The position numbers and the translations under genes are program-made. A DNA stretch of 64,000 bases from NCBI GenBank assembly GCA_963744145.1, contig CAVUSO010000001.1:1504001-1568000 (forward strand), written 5' to 3'. Under the pieces are notes generated by a model that saw only the letters and a program-made list of their open reading frames with translations, ran no database searches and had not been told where the DNA came from. Origin of the DNA: an uncultured cyanobacterium. GTDB taxonomy: Bacteria; Cyanobacteriota; Cyanobacteriia; Cyanobacteriales; CAWUOF01. This document shows, in pieces, positions 59,886 to 64,000 of this stretch. Every line of letters begins with the position of its first letter. Position 1 is the first letter of the stretch.

Positions 59886-60650
59886 ATGAGTCTGCATCAA
59901 CCCCTACATCGGGCTTTTGATCAAGGTAATGCCCTGAAAATTATCAGTGGTTTGACCAACTTTAATCACCACCATGTTGCAGCGATCGTCCGAGCTGCTG
60001 ATTTAGGTGGTGCTACCTTTGTCGATATTGCTGCCGATCGCGATTTAGTTAAACTGGCCAAAAGCTTGACAAATTTACCAATCTGTGTATCAGCGGTAGA
60101 AGCAGAAAAATTTGGACCCGCAGTAGCAGCAGGTGCGGATCTAATTGAAATTGGTAATTTTGATGCTTTTTATGCCCAAGGAATTCGGTTTGAAGCAGCA
60201 GAAGTATTAGCAATTACCAAAGAAACCCGATCGCTTTTCCCGGAAATCACCCTCTCTGTCACTGTTCCCCACATTCTCGAACTTGATCGTCAAGTCCAAC
60301 TAGCAGAAGCTCTCGTTCAAGCTGGTGCAGATATCATCCAAACCGAAGGGGGAACTAGCAGCACTCCCACCCATCCCGGTACTTTAGGATTAATTGAAAA
60401 AGCTGCCCCCACTTTAGCCGCAGCCGCAGAAATATCCCGCGCGATCGCTGTCCCAGTTCTTTGTGCTTCAGGAATTTCTAACATTACCGCTCCGATGGCG
60501 ATCGCTGTAGGTGCTTCAGGAGTTGGTGTTGGTTCTGCGATCAATCGCTTAGATAGCGAAATTGCCATGATTGCTGCTGTGCGTAGTTTAGTTGAAGCCT
60601 TAGCAAGTGTCAAGAACAGGCAAGATGCCTGTTCCACGATCCATGCCTAA
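59886..60650 (+). CDS. DUF561/Ycf23 family protein
   Basis: LKIISGLTNF, GGATFVDIA, EIGNFDAFY, QTEGG. Confidence 0.88.
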   Translation: MSLHQPLHRAFDQGNALKIISGLTNFNHHHVAAIVRAADLGGATFVDIAADRDLVKLAKSLTNLPICVSAVEAEKFGPAVAAGADLIEIGNFDAFYAQGIRFEAAEVLAITKETRSLFPEITLSVTVPHILELDRQVQLAEALVQAGADIIQTEGGTSSTPTHPGTLGLIEKAAPTLAAAAEISRAIAVPVLCASGISNITAPMAIAVGASGVGVGSAINRLDSEIAMIAAVRSLVEALASVKNRQDACSTIHA

Positions 60651-60747
60651 CCTATCTAGCAAAAATAACTAGAACAGGCAAGATGCCTGTTCCACAATAA
60701 TAATTTGTTCTGGTGGGATGGGCATCTTGCCCATCCCATCAATCAAG

Positions 60748-63354
60748 TTAGGATTTAGTCTTAGCTTCTAAGTTCTCCAGACGACTTTTTAAATCCTGAT
60801 TGTCTTTTTTCAACTGATCAATTTCTTGACGTAACTGTTTTACAGCTCGCTCTGCACCCGCATTTTTTTGCACCTTTTCCATCGCTTCTTCTGCCATTCG
60901 TCTGATTCGACCATCAGTTGTTTGCTCAAGCAAAGAACTAATAATGCCGATCGCTTTTGTTGTTTCCATTTGACCTAAAGCAGATACCACAGCTCCTTGA
61001 ATTAAAAAGAAAGATTCGCGAGCTAATTCTCCTAAACGCTGCAAAATTCGTTCGACATTAGTTGAATTTTGCCCCACAGAAATGGGACCTAACGCTCGAA
61101 TGGCTGCCAAACGTAAAGCTTGAGGTACACCTAATGCTGTATATTCTAAAACCAATTCCAGCGCAGTTTCAGAAGTTTTCATTTGACTTAAACCACCGAT
61201 CGCACTTCCACGTACTATCTCATTCCAACCTGGTCTTTCTGTCAAAACTGATTTCAGTAATTTCAAGACCTTTTCTTCTTTCGGCTTTTCCATAAAGATA
61301 GTGCCAGCGATCGCCCCTAAAGCTCGAATAGCAGCAGCTTCTACATAATAACTTTGATCACCTTTTTCTGCCAAGGGTTTGAGAGCTTTAAAACTTTCTT
61401 TAGTTTTAATTTCTGCTAAAGCTTCTACCACAGCACGACGGACTCGAGCATCTTCATCCTTCAACCCCAGAATTAAACTATCCACAGCTTGATTTAGTTT
61501 AATTTCGGCTAAATTTTTGGCTACTTCTACTCGTACCCCCCAAAATTTTTCATTTTTCAGAGCATCTGTCAGTGCTTTAACTGCTTCCAACCCACCTTTT
61601 TTCGCTAATGCTTCAGCTGCATAAATACGAGACAAAGGATCAGGATCAAACTTTAATTGAGCTTTTAGTTCCGGTAGGGCATAATCTAGGGTAACTTTTT
61701 TCAAATAATGGTTACCAACATCAAAACTGACAAAATCTGGTTTTTCCGTCAGGGGAAAGTAAAAACTCTGTTCCCGTTCCTGGATTCGGACTACAAAAAC
61801 CGGAATTTTCGGACGATCGCTAGATTTTTTCGACTGAGCATAACCAAAACTAATGGGTAACTTTAAATCAAACAAATCCTGATGATTACTATCTACACCC
61901 TCCGGAACTTGGGTTTGACACACTGTCACTTTAGCTAACTTACTATCTTCATCCCAAGCATAAGAAACCTGATATTCTGGATGACCACCACGATAAACAA
62001 ATTGGTCAAACAAAAATAACATATTCCGACCAGTAGCTTGATCAATCGATCGCAATAAATCAATTGTTTCTACAGTTTGATAAGCATTGGTCTGAACAAA
62101 GGTCTGAATAGCTTGAAAAAATAGCTCATCTCCTAATTCAGCCCGGAGCATATGATAAACACAAGCACCTTTTTCATACAAATGTCGATCATAAAGCTCG
62201 ATCGCTTCTCGATAAATATGAGTAACAATTGGACGTTTATAGCGAGAACTATCTTCGGTAAAGTAACTCCGAGCTTCATTTAAGCGATAATAAGCAGCAT
62301 CATCCCTACCATATTCTTGTTCTAGCCACAACACTTCAGCATAACTAGCCATACCCTCTTTAATCCAAGCATGAGACCAATGCTTAATTACCACTAAATC
62401 CCCAAACCACTGGTGTGCTAGTTCATGAGCTACTAAGCTTTCCGTATTCCGATTATCTAAAGCGGCTCGTTCATCTAGCAAACATCGATCTGTGAGCAGA
62501 GTGGTGGAGGTATTTTCCATTCCTCCAAAAATAAAATCATCCACACAAACTTGGGCATATTTAGGAAAGGGATAAGGATAGCCAAATTTTGTGCTGAAAA
62601 ACTCAATCATCTGGGGTGTTTTTCCCATACTCCGACGAGCATCATCTTCTCGTCCTTTTTCCACATAATAAGTAACTGGTTTACCATTCCATTCGTCTTG
62701 GATTTCGGCAAAATTACCTACCGCTAAAGTCATCAAATAAGTAGGATGAGGTTGGGTTTGAGACCAGTGATAAATTTTATCTTTACCAGTTTCTTGGGTA
62801 TTAATCAGTTCTCCATTGGAAATAACCAGGAAGTTTTTCGGTACTCTTACCCGAATTTCCGAAGTAGCTAATTGACCCGGATAGTCAAAACAGGGAAACC
62901 AAAAGCGTGAGTCTTCATCTTCACCCTGAGTCCAGACTTGGGTCGGTTTATCGGGATAGTCTTTGTCAGGATTAATAAAATATAGTCCACGTTGAGGTTG
63001 TTCTAGACTATAGGCAATGGTTAATTTTACTAGCTGACCAGCTACCATTCCAGTTGGTTGGTAAATTTGTAATTTTTGTCCATCATAGTCAAATTTTTGT
63101 TCAACTTCATCTACTTCTACGGATAGGATATTGAGATTTACCGCATCTAAGATCAATTTATCAATTCCATTCCGCAGGAGCGTTAACTGAAGGGTACAAG
63201 TACCTTGACATTGTTGTTTAGCAATATTGAGGGTCAAATCCAAAAAAATATGAGTTACCTGTCCCGGACGATCCGGACTATAGTGTGGGCGTGCGCCCGG
63301 TAGCTCAAAGGACTTATGACCATTAGTTTCGAGATCAAAATAAGACTGCGACAT
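60748..63354 (-). CDS. pepN: M1 family aminopeptidase with HEAT repeats
   Basis: GGMEN, HELAHQWFG...E zinc motif, YEKG; probable start MSQSYF. Confidence 0.92.
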   Translation of the reverse strand: MSQSYFDLETNGHKSFELPGARPHYSPDRPGQVTHIFLDLTLNIAKQQCQGTCTLQLTLLRNGIDKLILDAVNLNILSVEVDEVEQKFDYDGQKLQIYQPTGMVAGQLVKLTIAYSLEQPQRGLYFINPDKDYPDKPTQVWTQGEDEDSRFWFPCFDYPGQLATSEIRVRVPKNFLVISNGELINTQETGKDKIYHWSQTQPHPTYLMTLAVGNFAEIQDEWNGKPVTYYVEKGREDDARRSMGKTPQMIEFFSTKFGYPYPFPKYAQVCVDDFIFGGMENTSTTLLTDRCLLDERAALDNRNTESLVAHELAHQWFGDLVVIKHWSHAWIKEGMASYAEVLWLEQEYGRDDAAYYRLNEARSYFTEDSSRYKRPIVTHIYREAIELYDRHLYEKGACVYHMLRAELGDELFFQAIQTFVQTNAYQTVETIDLLRSIDQATGRNMLFLFDQFVYRGGHPEYQVSYAWDEDSKLAKVTVCQTQVPEGVDSNHQDLFDLKLPISFGYAQSKKSSDRPKIPVFVVRIQEREQSFYFPLTEKPDFVSFDVGNHYLKKVTLDYALPELKAQLKFDPDPLSRIYAAEALAKKGGLEAVKALTDALKNEKFWGVRVEVAKNLAEIKLNQAVDSLILGLKDEDARVRRAVVEALAEIKTKESFKALKPLAEKGDQSYYVEAAAIRALGAIAGTIFMEKPKEEKVLKLLKSVLTERPGWNEIVRGSAIGGLSQMKTSETALELVLEYTALGVPQALRLAAIRALGPISVGQNSTNVERILQRLGELARESFFLIQGAVVSALGQMETTKAIGIISSLLEQTTDGRIRRMAEEAMEKVQKNAGAERAVKQLRQEIDQLKKDNQDLKSRLENLEAKTKS

Positions 63355-63542
63355 TGGCAAATACAGAGATTATAACTGAATTGTCTTTCAATATCGGACG
63401 GTTGGGTGTTATCCCTTAAAGGTGATCTTGTCTGAGTACAGCTTTTACTAGAAACAAAACCAGATTTGTCCCCTCTAGTAGTAGCAGTAGGAGGGTATTA
63501 TACGCTTCCTACATAAATTAAAAAAAACTCTTGGAGAAAAAA

Positions 63543-64000
63543 ATGTCGATCAAAAAAACGTTGATCACTATTAGTACAGTAATTGTAGCTGGTGGTGTGG
63601 CTACTTATGTTTATTTGAAATGGGCACCTGGGGATGTATTAACAGCGATCGGTGGAGCGCGGATTGTTCCCGATCGCGCGTTGATGTCTGGTTTTATCTC
63701 TACTGATCCTTCTGCTTGGTCTAAATTACAGCAGTTTGGTACAGATCCAGCCCAAAAGTTGATTACTGAGCAGATTAAGAAAGTTCAACAGGATCTAGCT
63801 AGTAAAATCCAAGTTGATTTTGACAAAGATATTCAACCTTGGGTCGGAGGAGTCACTATGGCGATTTTACCCTCTAAATCACCTCAAGATCAAACCCAAA
63901 ATGTCCTGATGGTGATTGGGATTAAGGATAAGTTGAATGCTTGGAATTTTGGGATGAAGTTGAAAAATGTCCAAAAAAATGTTAAAGTTGTGGAAAGTCA
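63543..64000 (+). CDS. DUF3352-like membrane-anchored protein, 3' end outside window
   Basis: MSIKKTLITISTVIVAGGVATY...WSKLQQFGT...DIQPWVG; frame open to window end. Confidence 0.7.
   Translation, partial: MSIKKTLITISTVIVAGGVATYVYLKWAPGDVLTAIGGARIVPDRALMSGFISTDPSAWSKLQQFGTDPAQKLITEQIKKVQQDLASKIQVDFDKDIQPWVGGVTMAILPSKSPQDQTQNVLMVIGIKDKLNAWNFGMKLKNVQKNVKVVES

Overview
Cyanobacterial chromosomal segment: AT-rich, dense in HIP1 GCGATCGC octamers, and carrying DUF1815, DUF2839, DUF561, Uma2 and pentapeptide-repeat genes. About 1.2-23.8 kb is an accessory region next to the conserved rph / cobalamin-adenosyltransferase-like / dcd block. It holds the best candidate for an undescribed system: a divergent three-gene module encoding a phage-type dUMP-hydroxymethylase-like thymidylate-synthase homologue fused to a DUF1599/Nmad1-like helical domain, a P-loop kinase and a 2OG-Fe(II) dioxygenase. 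Nearby are a LAGLIDADG-dUTPase fusion, a DEDD exonuclease and a HAD hydrolase. The same region has five near-identical Uma2 genes with variable 21-bp repeat numbers in HIP1-bounded units, a type II R-M pair, a triply disrupted caspase/NB-ARC/WD40 locus and an HNH pseudogene. The rest of the window is mostly housekeeping genes. It also has a second islet (atypical topoisomerase IA, IS4, ABC-ATPase + TOPRIM-like pair), toxin-antitoxin modules, three complete IS elements with readable IRs/TSDs and several MITE families. No rRNA, tRNA or CRISPR array was recognised. All family assignments come from motif recognition by eye, not database searches.
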